Shown here piece by piece: positions 28,045 to 36,716 of a stretch of DNA of 64,000 bases. A program made the translations under genes and the position numbers. The notes below the pieces were generated by a model, which saw nothing but the letters and a program-made list of their open reading frames with translations, had not been told where the DNA came from and ran no database searches. Position 1 is the first letter of the stretch; each line of letters begins with the position of its first letter. The DNA is from Candidatus Marinacidobacterales bacterium. GTDB lineage: Bacteria > Acidobacteriota > Vicinamibacteria > Marinacidobacterales > DATDRI01. The DNA lies in NCBI GenBank assembly GCA_965226495.1, contig OZ245365.1:544001-608000 (forward strand), in the 5' to 3' direction.

Positions 28045-28944
28045 CTAGCACGGCCCGCACGTATCCCCGTGCCCGTGGTGGCCGGACCAGGCATTCGGCG
28101 AGACCGACTTGGTTTTACCCTTGTGGCAGATAAGGATATGGTTCGGCTTCGCTGGATCGCGGTCGTCGCAGGACGATCGAGGAGTGACTTCCTCTTCTTC
28201 CTCTTCCTCTTCCTGCAATTTGATCTCGAAGGCAAAGACGTCTTTACCTTCGAACACGCCTCGGACGTGAACCCGATCCCCTTTTTCGAGATGCTCGAGG
28301 GTCAGGGATCGATTGCCCTTTCGGATCGAGGTCTCGCCGGCGCGTGTGAGGACGTGGTACCCGTTCACATCGAGAGAGCCCGTCATCATATTGGGGGGCG
28401 AATCGATGACGATATTCTGGGCTGCCCCATCGATCTCGATGCCGCTCGCCCCCTCATGGTCGATGCCGGTGCGGCTCTCTTCGAGAAGGACAACCTTCCC
28501 GTCTACCATAGCCACGACGATATCGATCTCCTGGTTAGGCTTGACGCCGTCGAACTCCATGGGCTCTCCCACCGGGTCTCCGTTCGCGTCCACGAAAACC
28601 AAGGTGAAGTATTCGGGGAGCCCGCGGAGCGTGAAGGAACCGTCCGCGTCGATGTCGACGCTTCCGAGCTCGGAGCCGTTCGCGTCGTACACGATCACCG
28701 CGGTCGCGGTCAGCTCGGTATTTGACGCCGTAGCGAGCGTGCGCTGCGCGTTGTAGCCGGCCGCGACCGATTGCTGCGAGCCGACAGCGACACCGCTCTG
28801 CTGGAATTCACCGTGGAGGGTCGCCCCTTGCTGTTGCTCCTCTTCGAAGCCGGCGAAAGGCGACGAGGGGCTGAAATCGCACCCCGCCGAAGCGAGTGTC
28901 AACACCGCCAAAAGGCAGACTGCATATCTTGTTCTCCGGTTCAT
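28045..28944 (-). CDS. Lipoprotein with DUF5666-like domain and C-terminal Cys/His mini-domain
   Basis: RBS AGGAGG, MNRRTRYAVCLLAVLTLASAG|C; LEKGDRVHVRG...AFEIKLQ; poly-Glu; ICHKGKT...HHGHGDTCGPC. Confidence 0.8.
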   Translation of the reverse strand: MNRRTRYAVCLLAVLTLASAGCDFSPSSPFAGFEEEQQQGATLHGEFQQSGVAVGSQQSVAAGYNAQRTLATASNTELTATAVIVYDANGSELGSVDIDADGSFTLRGLPEYFTLVFVDANGDPVGEPMEFDGVKPNQEIDIVVAMVDGKVVLLEESRTGIDHEGASGIEIDGAAQNIVIDSPPNMMTGSLDVNGYHVLTRAGETSIRKGNRSLTLEHLEKGDRVHVRGVFEGKDVFAFEIKLQEEEEEEEEVTPRSSCDDRDPAKPNHILICHKGKTKSVSPNAWSGHHGHGDTCGPC

Positions 28945-29071
28945 CGCCAACCTCCTACCCTCGCTCCCGGGGGGGAGGAGAAGGGGACACAAGTTTTTCA
29001 ATCTATTGTTCAAGTATCGCAGGTCTGAAGAGCCTGCATATGTTCTAGATCACAGGAGGAAATTTCGATGG

Positions 29072-29089
29072 TGTGGGTCACTCCCCACA
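29072..29089. promoter_or_regulatory. TGT-N12-ACA palindrome similar to the motif upstream of the giant genes
   Basis: TGTGGGTCACTCCCCACA upstream of the lipoprotein gene; compare CGTGGCCGGTTCCCCACA at 59067. Confidence 0.45.
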
Positions 29090-29122
29090 TAATTTCTCCG
29101 CAGCGGTGCCAGGAACTAGAAA

Positions 29123-29617
29123 CTAAAAACTAAAGCCGAGGACCAACTTGAGCTCTGGGGTGTCGCCCATCCCGACGCGTGCCTCCAGCAGGTAGCGGCG
29201 AAACGCTCGCGAGCCGCGACGCGGAGCCCCCCATTCGGCCCCGGCCACCAGGTTCAAAACGGGCTCGATGTTCAGCCCTCCTCCGCGTCCAATGCCACTC
29301 GTGACATCGATAAAGTTGATACCCAAGCCGCCCCCCGCATAGGGCCGAACGCGACCCGCGTTGAAGAGGTAGTGAGCGTCGAAGTTAGTCGAGGCCAGGG
29401 TGACTCCGTTTCCCAGGCCGAGCTCGAAGCTCGGCTGGAAGCGAACGCGTGAAGCCAATCTCCCGGCGTCGATGTGGGCACCAAAATTGAACTGGTCCGG
29501 GTTCAAGTTGACGCCACCGCGCAACCCGTAGGAGCGAACCCCGAGCTCTTGGCCGAGCGCCGTGCTTGCGGCCACACTGGTCGTCAAAAGCACGAGGCAG
29601 AGAAGTCGAGTCCTCAT
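29123..29617 (-). CDS. Small outer-membrane beta-barrel protein
   Basis: Signal peptide, amphipathic strands, RPYAGGGLG, terminal GFSF. Confidence 0.8.
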   Translation of the reverse strand: MRTRLLCLVLLTTSVAASTALGQELGVRSYGLRGGVNLNPDQFNFGAHIDAGRLASRVRFQPSFELGLGNGVTLASTNFDAHYLFNAGRVRPYAGGGLGINFIDVTSGIGRGGGLNIEPVLNLVAGAEWGAPRRGSRAFRRYLLEARVGMGDTPELKLVLGFSF

Positions 29618-29798
29618 CGCGCTCTCCTTGTTTTCTGCAAACCGGGTCTCCGCCCGTTTGTGAACGAGGCGACGAGCCGCTCCGCGAAATTGTTTGGATG
29701 TAACTTCAGGCTAACAGGGCGTGTCGCCCACGTCAAATGGTAGAGAAGTAGGAGCACACGTCCAGACGCGACTGTAGTTGTGGAGGTACTAACCTTTA

Positions 29799-31220
29799 TT
29801 AGTGTGTCAGCTGGATTGTCCTCCCAAGAGCTCTCCTCCCTATCGAGTGGGTGATTTGCCATGGGCGAAAGCCGGAGAGAACTCCCTCGAGCACCGGCAA
29901 CATCCTGCCCAACTGGCGCGCCCGGATGACCCAGTCCCACATCGGTTCGAGCTTTTTCCATCCTCCAGCGTACCCAATGTGACGCAACTGCCTCATAAAC
30001 GTTTCCTTGTGGGAAGCGCCACGCAGGATGGATCCCCACCGGTAGAAATCTCGATAGGCGCCCCAGTATCCAGCCTCTAGTGCCTCGGCGCCGATACCGC
30101 GCGGGCGGAACACGACGTGGCGTGTGTCGTAGAGATCCCATCGTCGATGGACCATGCGACCTTGACTCTCCATCCGTTTGAAAAGAGCCGTGCCCGGATA
30201 AGGAGTCAAAATATGAAACGTCGCGGTCTCGATTCCGTGTTCGATGGCCCACTCCACGGTGCGCGAGATGGCGGAGCCGTCGTCGTCGTCCATTCCGAAG
30301 ACGAAGCTTGCGTTCACCATAACGCCGAGATCGTGCAGGCGCCGGACTGCGGCGCCGTAGTCTTGGTGCACGTTTTGGTGCTTCCTCTGCTCTCGGAGAC
30401 TCTTAGCGTTCAGAGTCTCGAAGCCCACAAATAGGCTGCGAAGGCCACAGCGCACGGCCTTCTCCAGAAGCTTCGGTTTTAGTACCGACTGGACGGTTCC
30501 CGCCGCTTGCCACAGACGACCCATACCGCGCATGCCGTCGAAGAGGGCGGCCGCGAACTTGACGTCTCCGAATAAATGGTCGTCGAGAAAATAAAGGTGA
30601 CGTCCCGGAAGGCGATCGATCTCCGCAAGAGCCGCGTCCACGCGCTGCGTATAGAAACCCTTCCCCCCCTGGAAGAAGGCGACCTTGTAACAGAAATCGC
30701 AGACGTGTGGGCAGCCGCGCGAGACCACGATCGAGTTCGGAACGAGGTAGAGATGTCTTTTAATCAGATCGCGCCGGACGACCGGGAGACCGTCCAGCGT
30801 TCGGACTCGAGATCGGTAGATTGGTTTCGGGCGTCGAGCACGAAAGTCTTTCAAGAATTGGGGCCAAGTGTCTTCACCCGGCCCTAGGAAGATCGTGTCC
30901 GCGTGCTGGGCGGCCTCTTCAGGGAGAGACGTGACGTGCAACCCTCCGAGGGCGACATGCGCCCCCTTGGCTCGATAATGATCGGCGAGCCGGTAGGCCC
31001 GGTTCGCGGAGGTAATGTAAACCTGGATCACAACCAGATCCGGCTCATCGGAAAGTGTCAACGTCTCGACATGTTCATCCTGCATCTCAACCTGATCGTC
31101 TGCGCTGAGGTAGCCGGCGAGCGTTGCTAGGCCGAGAGGTGGGAACAGAGAGTACTTGATGGGGCGAAAAAACGGACTCTTGGCTTCCGTGAGCGCGGGT
31201 AGGATCATTTTGACCTTCAT
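29799..31220 (-). CDS. B12-binding-domain radical SAM protein
   Basis: FPPLGLATLA, LGGLHVT, SRGCPHVCDFC, FLDDHLF, VGFET, TPYPGT. Confidence 0.92.
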   Translation of the reverse strand: MKVKMILPALTEAKSPFFRPIKYSLFPPLGLATLAGYLSADDQVEMQDEHVETLTLSDEPDLVVIQVYITSANRAYRLADHYRAKGAHVALGGLHVTSLPEEAAQHADTIFLGPGEDTWPQFLKDFRARRPKPIYRSRVRTLDGLPVVRRDLIKRHLYLVPNSIVVSRGCPHVCDFCYKVAFFQGGKGFYTQRVDAALAEIDRLPGRHLYFLDDHLFGDVKFAAALFDGMRGMGRLWQAAGTVQSVLKPKLLEKAVRCGLRSLFVGFETLNAKSLREQRKHQNVHQDYGAAVRRLHDLGVMVNASFVFGMDDDDGSAISRTVEWAIEHGIETATFHILTPYPGTALFKRMESQGRMVHRRWDLYDTRHVVFRPRGIGAEALEAGYWGAYRDFYRWGSILRGASHKETFMRQLRHIGYAGGWKKLEPMWDWVIRARQLGRMLPVLEGVLSGFRPWQITHSIGRRALGRTIQLTH

Positions 31221-31717
31221 GGCGATTCCTCCTCGCCCAGGCCGAGCACGAGAATCGATACGCTTCTCCGCCTCGCCCCATCGAGCTCGACGAGGAAGAT
31301 GTTCTGGAACTCGCCAAGGTGAATCTCTCCTTCAGTAATGTTGAGACTCACGGACATGCCGAGCAGCAGGGCGCGGGCATGCGAGTGGCCGTTGGGTCTC
31401 TCGCCCGGTGGTACCTCGAGTCGCGCCTGAAGGTCGTTGTGGCGGTACGTTCTACCTTGCGGAGCCCATCGCTCCACCAATTCCTGGAAGTCTTCGAGCA
31501 GTAGGGGCTCGTTCTCGTTGACGAGAATCGCCGTCGTGGTGTGCTTGGTGTGGACGTTCACGAGCCCGTGGGTCACTCCCGACCGTCTCACCCTCTCTTT
31601 TACGAGCTCGGTGAGATCGATGAACTGAAAACGTTCCGCCGTCTGTAAATGAACGAGGTCGTTACAGACCTTGAAAGTGGACCCGACAGTCTCGCTGACA
31701 AAAAGATCGATCGACAT
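31217..31717 (-). CDS. yjbQ: YjbQ/UPF0047 family protein
   Basis: HTTTAILVNENEP, YRHND, NGHSH, LGEFQNIFLVELDG; overlaps the radical SAM start. Confidence 0.88.
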   Translation of the reverse strand: MSIDLFVSETVGSTFKVCNDLVHLQTAERFQFIDLTELVKERVRRSGVTHGLVNVHTKHTTTAILVNENEPLLLEDFQELVERWAPQGRTYRHNDLQARLEVPPGERPNGHSHARALLLGMSVSLNITEGEIHLGEFQNIFLVELDGARRRSVSILVLGLGEEESP

Positions 31718-31772
31718 TTTTTCTCCTTCCCGACGCGCTTTCGGAAAGGTAGCAGAGCGAAGACGGTAAGAA

Positions 31773-31810
31773 ATGACGGGAATATGACAGATGAGTGAGG
31801 CTTAGGTGAG
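31773..31810 (-). promoter_or_regulatory. Pho-box-like 11-bp-period direct repeats upstream of yjbQ-radical SAM
   Basis: Minus strand CTCAC-N6-CTCAC-N6-GTCAT-N6-GTCAT, containing CTGTCAT-ATTC-CCGTCAT. Confidence 0.6.
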
Positions 31811-33214
31811 CGGGGGAGTGAACGCTTGCCGCGGGCGTGGGCGACGCGGGCGATAGGTCAGGCCCAGGGCGAGGCCGAAGCCGAACATCAGCCCCTCGCT
31901 GGCGCTGATCACGGTTCGAGTGAGCGGACCCGCAGTGTCCTCGCCGAGAAGCCGCGCCAATGGATCCAAGCTCACTTGAGAGCCGGGGAAAGAGTGAGCC
32001 ATGAAATCCAAGCTCATCGCGCCCAAGTAACTTCCTTTCCAGCCGAGCCACAGGGCACCGAGCGAGCAGCAGATTCCCGTGAGAAGCGCGGCGAAGAGCC
32101 GCATACTTCCCTGGGGAGTCGCCATACCGCCTTCCGCGCGCGGGGTGCCAAGCCCGTAACCGAGTCCGGCTGCGCCTCCAAGTACGATTCCTTCGAACCC
32201 CCCCGCGACGGGCGAGAGGTCTCGACCGAAAAGGCCTTCTAGCGTCAAGCGGCCGAGAAGATGTGCCGCGACCCCAATCGTTCCCCCGCCAAGCACACCC
32301 ATGACCACGAGGGCGGGACCACGAAACGATCGAAAGAGCGCTTCGGCCGCGGCTAGGCCCGCTCCCACGCCGGCCGCTCCGACGCCTCCGATCGCGAATC
32401 CCACTATCGCCAAGGCGATGAGAACGCCGTCGTTTGCGACGGAACCTGGACCGAACCGAAGCACGAGCCCACCCGCGAATCCCGCGACTAGGCCTGCCAA
32501 CGCACCACCCGCAGCGGCGGCAACCCAACGACTGCCCACAAGACGGAGCGCACGTCGGAGTCGCAATACGACGAGATGGAAAGCGGCGGTCAAACCGCCC
32601 GGCTCACCCAGCAGAGGCACCGACTCGGCGGCCGGCACATCCCAGCGGGTATCCCGGAGGAGTGCGCGCGCTCGCGCATGTCCTTTCCTTCGATCCAGCC
32701 GGCGAAGGGCCTCGGATGTACCAAGAAGATGAAGTGCTTCGGCCGCTTCCCGCCGATCGTCATCGTCGCTGGGCTCCGCCGCACCGGAGTCCGGGGCGAG
32801 CAGGCGCTCGAACGCGGATTCCCAGGCGGCTTTTGTGGCAGGCTCGGACCCGCTTGCCTCTTCTGTCACAGACGGACCGTTCGTTAGGGGAGTGTCGTCG
32901 GCCTCTTCCACGACGTCGGCAAAGACGAACCGATAACCGTGGCGCGATACGGTGCGGATAAAGACGGGGTCCTTTGAATCGTCGCCCAGCGCGCGCCTCA
33001 GGGTCCTGATGGCCTGGGTGAGGGCGCCATCCGAGACGATGACATCGTTCCAAACTGCATCCATTATCTCCTGGCGGTGGACGGCCTCGTTCCGCCTCGC
33101 AATGAGGAGCAACAACAGGTCGAAATAGCGAGGGATGAGGGGAGCTTCTGTGCCCTCGCGGAGAAGGGTCCGTCGCGAAGGAGAGACGATGAAGTCGGCG
33201 AAGCGGTAACGCAA
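31802..33214 (-). CDS. Membrane-anchored OmpR/CadC-type winged-helix regulator
   Basis: YRFADF...FDLLLLL...VSDGALTQAIRTLRRALGDD...FIRTVSRHGYRF, then a Gly/Ala-rich multi-TM C-terminus. Confidence 0.88.
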   Translation of the reverse strand: MRYRFADFIVSPSRRTLLREGTEAPLIPRYFDLLLLLIARRNEAVHRQEIMDAVWNDVIVSDGALTQAIRTLRRALGDDSKDPVFIRTVSRHGYRFVFADVVEEADDTPLTNGPSVTEEASGSEPATKAAWESAFERLLAPDSGAAEPSDDDDRREAAEALHLLGTSEALRRLDRRKGHARARALLRDTRWDVPAAESVPLLGEPGGLTAAFHLVVLRLRRALRLVGSRWVAAAAGGALAGLVAGFAGGLVLRFGPGSVANDGVLIALAIVGFAIGGVGAAGVGAGLAAAEALFRSFRGPALVVMGVLGGGTIGVAAHLLGRLTLEGLFGRDLSPVAGGFEGIVLGGAAGLGYGLGTPRAEGGMATPQGSMRLFAALLTGICCSLGALWLGWKGSYLGAMSLDFMAHSFPGSQVSLDPLARLLGEDTAGPLTRTVISASEGLMFGFGLALGLTYRPRRPRPRQAFTPPLT

Positions 33215-33319
33215 CGGGTCGTAGTTTAGTACCCTCTCGCAGCGATGACAACGTGAGTGGTTGTTCGGATCCCGGAGCCCGCATATACTCTCGCCGGGTC
33301 CTGCCCAGGAGACTTTTCA

Positions 33320-33415
33320 ATGAGCAAGTCGCAATCTGTTCTATTGTGTGAAGGTAAGCACGATTACGAAAAGTACCTCAAAATCCCGCAGCTTCTAGAC
33401 TGCCAAAAGCACTGA
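33320..33415 (+). pseudogene. kynA: N-terminal remnant of tryptophan 2,3-dioxygenase
   Basis: RBS AGGAGA; MSKSQSVLLCEGKHDYEKYLKIPQLLDCQKH* matches the TDO N-terminal YxxYLxxxxLLxxQ pattern; 6 nt before a kynureninase-like gene. Confidence 0.65.
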
Positions 33416-33421
33416 GCCTTC

Positions 33422-34621
33422 GTGATGGACGAGCTTCTCAGCTGGCGGCCCCAGTTTCCCATTCTCGAGAACACCGTCTACATGATTAGTAACTCGCTGG
33501 GTGCGATGCCCCGCGGGGTCTATGACCGCATGCGAGAGTATGCGGACACCTGGGCGACGCGCGGTGTCCGCGCCTGGGGCGACGGCTGGATGGATATGCC
33601 GGTTGCGGTCGGGAACCTCGTCGGCGAAATCATTGGCGCCGCGCCCGGCGAAATGACGATGCATCAAAACGTGACCATCGCGGAAGCCATCGTGACGTCG
33701 TGCTTCGACTTCGAGCCGCCCCGCAATCGGATCGTTTACACCGACATGAATTTTCCTTCGGTGATGTACCTCCACGAAGCGCAGAAGAGCCGTGGAGCGG
33801 AAGTCGTCATGGTGGAATCCGACGACGGCATCAGTGTCCCCACCGAGAAGGTTATCGCCGCCATCGACGAGCGAACGCTGCTGGTTCCGATCTCACACGT
33901 TCTATTCCAAAGCGCCTCCGTACAAGATGCTCGCGCCATCATCGAACATGCCCACCAGATGGGGGCTTACGTCATCCTAGACGTTTTCCAATCCGCCGGG
34001 ATTGTCCCGTTCGACATCAAGGAGCTCGACGCCGACTTTGCGGTGGGCGGCGTGCTCAAGTGGCTTTGCGGAGGACCGGGAGGAGCGTTTCTCTATGTGC
34101 GACCCGATCTGGTGCAGAAGTTGGAGCCGCGATTGACGGGGTGGATGGGGCATGCCCATCCGTTCGATTTCGAGATCGGCCCGATTCAGTACCGGGAGGA
34201 CGGTTACCGGTTCTTGAACGGAACTCCGGGCGTCCCCGCGCTTTATGCCGTCGAGCCCGGCTGCCGCATCGTATCCGAGATCGGTGTGGAGAAGATTCGG
34301 GAGAAGTCCAAGCGGCAGACTTCCCGGCTCATGGAGCTTGCTGGGGAGAAAGGCTACGAAACGCGAACGCCCGTCGACCCGGCGCGTCGCGGCGGCACGG
34401 TGTCGATAATGATGCCTCATGCGTACGAGGTCTCGCGCGAGCTCCTGAGACGGGAGTTCCTAGTGGACTATCGCCCGCAGGCGGGCATTCGAGTTTCACC
34501 GCATTTCTACACGAAAGACGAGGAGCTAGATCTAACGATTGAAGAGATCGGAAAGATTCTGGAGACCAAGGCCTATGAGCGCCATGAGCTGGCACCTGGA
34601 ACCAAGGCCAAGGTCACTTGA
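33422..34621 (+). CDS. Kynureninase-like class V PLP enzyme
   Basis: YMISNSLGAMP, NFPSVMY, LDVFQSAG, GGVLKWLCGGPG, TGWMGH, RRGG. Confidence 0.8.
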   Translation: MMDELLSWRPQFPILENTVYMISNSLGAMPRGVYDRMREYADTWATRGVRAWGDGWMDMPVAVGNLVGEIIGAAPGEMTMHQNVTIAEAIVTSCFDFEPPRNRIVYTDMNFPSVMYLHEAQKSRGAEVVMVESDDGISVPTEKVIAAIDERTLLVPISHVLFQSASVQDARAIIEHAHQMGAYVILDVFQSAGIVPFDIKELDADFAVGGVLKWLCGGPGGAFLYVRPDLVQKLEPRLTGWMGHAHPFDFEIGPIQYREDGYRFLNGTPGVPALYAVEPGCRIVSEIGVEKIREKSKRQTSRLMELAGEKGYETRTPVDPARRGGTVSIMMPHAYEVSRELLRREFLVDYRPQAGIRVSPHFYTKDEELDLTIEEIGKILETKAYERHELAPGTKAKVT

Positions 34622-34636
34622 GGTGGTGCACATACC

Positions 34637-34721
34637 GGGGGTCAGATCCCAAAATATCACAAGGGTCAGATCCAAAAATGTGCACGGCACGGGACCGATG
34701 CACAAAACTGGATTAGACCCC
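34637..34721. repeat. REP-like GGGTCAGATCC element: two direct copies and one inverted copy
   Basis: GGGTCAGATCCCAAAATATCAC (34639), GGGTCAGATCCAAAAATGTGCAC (34663), inverted TGCACAAAACTGGATTAGACCCC (34699-34721). Confidence 0.65.
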
Positions 34722-34766
34722 GGGTTAAGTACGTGCTAATTAATCGATTTAAAAGGAGGTAGAGCT

Positions 34767-36275
34767 ATGCAAGGAATGATGCAGCAGACCGCCGTTCTAC
34801 TAGCGGAGCTACTTGGCCCCCAAGTCGTTCGCATTGTTGGCGCGTTGGTCATATTGGTAGCGGGGTGGTTGATCGCCCTCTTGGCGGCGGCCATCACAAA
34901 GGGGGCGCTCAAGCGCACGACGTTAGATAATCGACTGGCGGAGTGGATTCTAGACGAGAAGACGGCCAAAGGTTTCGAAATCGAGAAATGGGTCGCCAAA
35001 GCCGTCTATTACCTGATTCTGGTCTTCGCGGTGGTGGGGTTTTTCAATGCCTTGCAGCTCACCGTGATTAGCCAGCCACTCACTGGTTTTTTAAACCAGC
35101 TCTTCGGGTACATAGACAACCTCATCGGGGCTGGGGTTCTCGTTCTAGCCGCCTGGCTTGTGGCGACGCTGCTAAGGAAAATTGTGGGTGGCGCGTTGGA
35201 CATGGCCAAACTCGATGAGCGCCTCGGCGGAGAGGCGGGGCTGAAGAAAGAGAAAGGCGCGCCGCTGAGCAAGACGTTGGCCGATGCCGTTTACTGGCTC
35301 GTCTTTCTGCTTTTTCTTCCCGCGATCCTGGAAGCACTCTCTTTGCAGGGGTTGTTGACCCCGGTACAGAACTTGGTGGATCGGATTCTCGGCTTCTTGC
35401 CGAACATTTTGGCGGCTGGCGTCATTCTAGCGGTCGGCTGGTTTATCGCCCGGATCGTTCAGCGAATCGTCACCAATCTACTCGCCGCGCTCGGTGCCGA
35501 TCGTTTGGGCGAGAAGGTCGGGATCAGCAAGGCACTGGGAACTCGTACGCTTTCTGGCCTCCTGGGGTTGATCGTCTACATTCTGATCCTGGTCCCAGTG
35601 TTGATCTCTTCTCTCAATGCTTTGGCGCTCGACGCCATCACCCGGCCGGCCAGCAACATGCTGGAGAGTGTCATGGGTGCGATTCCCTCGATCTTCGCCG
35701 CCGTGATCCTCTTGACGCTGGCGTACGTCGTGGGTCGGCTCGTCTCGGGTCTCGTCAGTAATCTCTTGGCGGGGGCCGGTTTCGACAACGTGCTGGAGCG
35801 GATCGGACTCGCCAAGGCGAAGTCTGCCAAGGCAGACCGTACTCCGTCCGCCATCGTCGGGTATCTCCTCCTAGTCGGCATCATGCTCTTCGCCTCCATT
35901 GAAGCGGCAGGATTGCTCGGATTCGCGAGTCTTGCGGCCTTGGTGTCCGGATTCGTGGTCTTCGCAGGTCAGGTGATTCTGGGGTTGGTCGTTTTCGGAG
36001 TCGGTCTCTATCTCGCGAACCTTGCTGCTAGTACCATCGAAGCGAGCTCGTCGGCTCAGGCCGGGTTGTTCGCCATCGTGGCGCGCATCTCCATCATCAT
36101 CTTGTCGGGCGCGATCGCCTTGCGACAGATGGGACTCGCCAACGAGATCATCGAGCTCGCGTTCGGCATCCTTCTGGGCTCCGTCGCGGTAGCCGCGGCC
36201 CTCGCCTTCGGGCTCGGCGGAAGAGATATCGCCGCCAAGCAGCTCTCCGGCTGGCTGGGTTCCATCAAGAAATAG
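34767..36275 (+). CDS. CmpX-like multi-TM protein (mechanosensitive-channel TM_helix repeats)
   Basis: Four repeats like LPNILAAGVILAVGWFIARIV; C-terminal AFGLGGRD; RBS AAGGAGG. Confidence 0.82.
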   Translation: MQGMMQQTAVLLAELLGPQVVRIVGALVILVAGWLIALLAAAITKGALKRTTLDNRLAEWILDEKTAKGFEIEKWVAKAVYYLILVFAVVGFFNALQLTVISQPLTGFLNQLFGYIDNLIGAGVLVLAAWLVATLLRKIVGGALDMAKLDERLGGEAGLKKEKGAPLSKTLADAVYWLVFLLFLPAILEALSLQGLLTPVQNLVDRILGFLPNILAAGVILAVGWFIARIVQRIVTNLLAALGADRLGEKVGISKALGTRTLSGLLGLIVYILILVPVLISSLNALALDAITRPASNMLESVMGAIPSIFAAVILLTLAYVVGRLVSGLVSNLLAGAGFDNVLERIGLAKAKSAKADRTPSAIVGYLLLVGIMLFASIEAAGLLGFASLAALVSGFVVFAGQVILGLVVFGVGLYLANLAASTIEASSSAQAGLFAIVARISIIILSGAIALRQMGLANEIIELAFGILLGSVAVAAALAFGLGGRDIAAKQLSGWLGSIKK

Positions 36276-36282
36276 GAGGAGC

Positions 36283-36711
36283 GTGGATCGGTTTAGCATC
36301 GAGCACCGCGTGCCATGGCCCGACGTCGATCTCGTTGGGGTCGTCTATTTCGCCCGCTTCTTGAGCTATTTCGAGTTGGCGGAAGTGGAGTGGATGAGGG
36401 CGCAAAAGATCGACTACGAGGGCCTTCTAAACAAAGAGAAGATTTGGTTACCGAGGGTGTCGGCTCACTGTGACTATCAGTCGCCGGCACGGTTCGGTGA
36501 TTTGCTTTCGATTGCGATGAAGCTCGGCCGCGTGGGTCGGTCGAGCTTCAAGTTGGTCTATGAGGTCCATCGTCTCCCTGAGCGCACACACCTCGCGGAT
36601 GGTTACATCGTGGCCGCGGCCGTCTCCCGCAGTACCTTCAAAGCGGTCCCGCTTCCGGATCAACTGCGAGAGGTTCTCCAAACGCTGGAAGTGGAACAGG
36701 ACAAGAACTAA
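36283..36711 (+). CDS. Acyl-CoA thioesterase (YbgC/4HBT hotdog fold)
   Basis: RVPWPDVDLVGVVYFARFLSYFE, DYQSPARFGD, GRSSF. Confidence 0.88.
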   Translation: MDRFSIEHRVPWPDVDLVGVVYFARFLSYFELAEVEWMRAQKIDYEGLLNKEKIWLPRVSAHCDYQSPARFGDLLSIAMKLGRVGRSSFKLVYEVHRLPERTHLADGYIVAAAVSRSTFKAVPLPDQLREVLQTLEVEQDKN

Positions 36712-36716
36712 AGCCC

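Noticed and set aside
29094-29111. Minus-strand TGGCAC as a sigma54 promoter for the lipoprotein gene
   Set aside because: The -12 position reads GA, not GC, and the site lies upstream of the putative enhancer.
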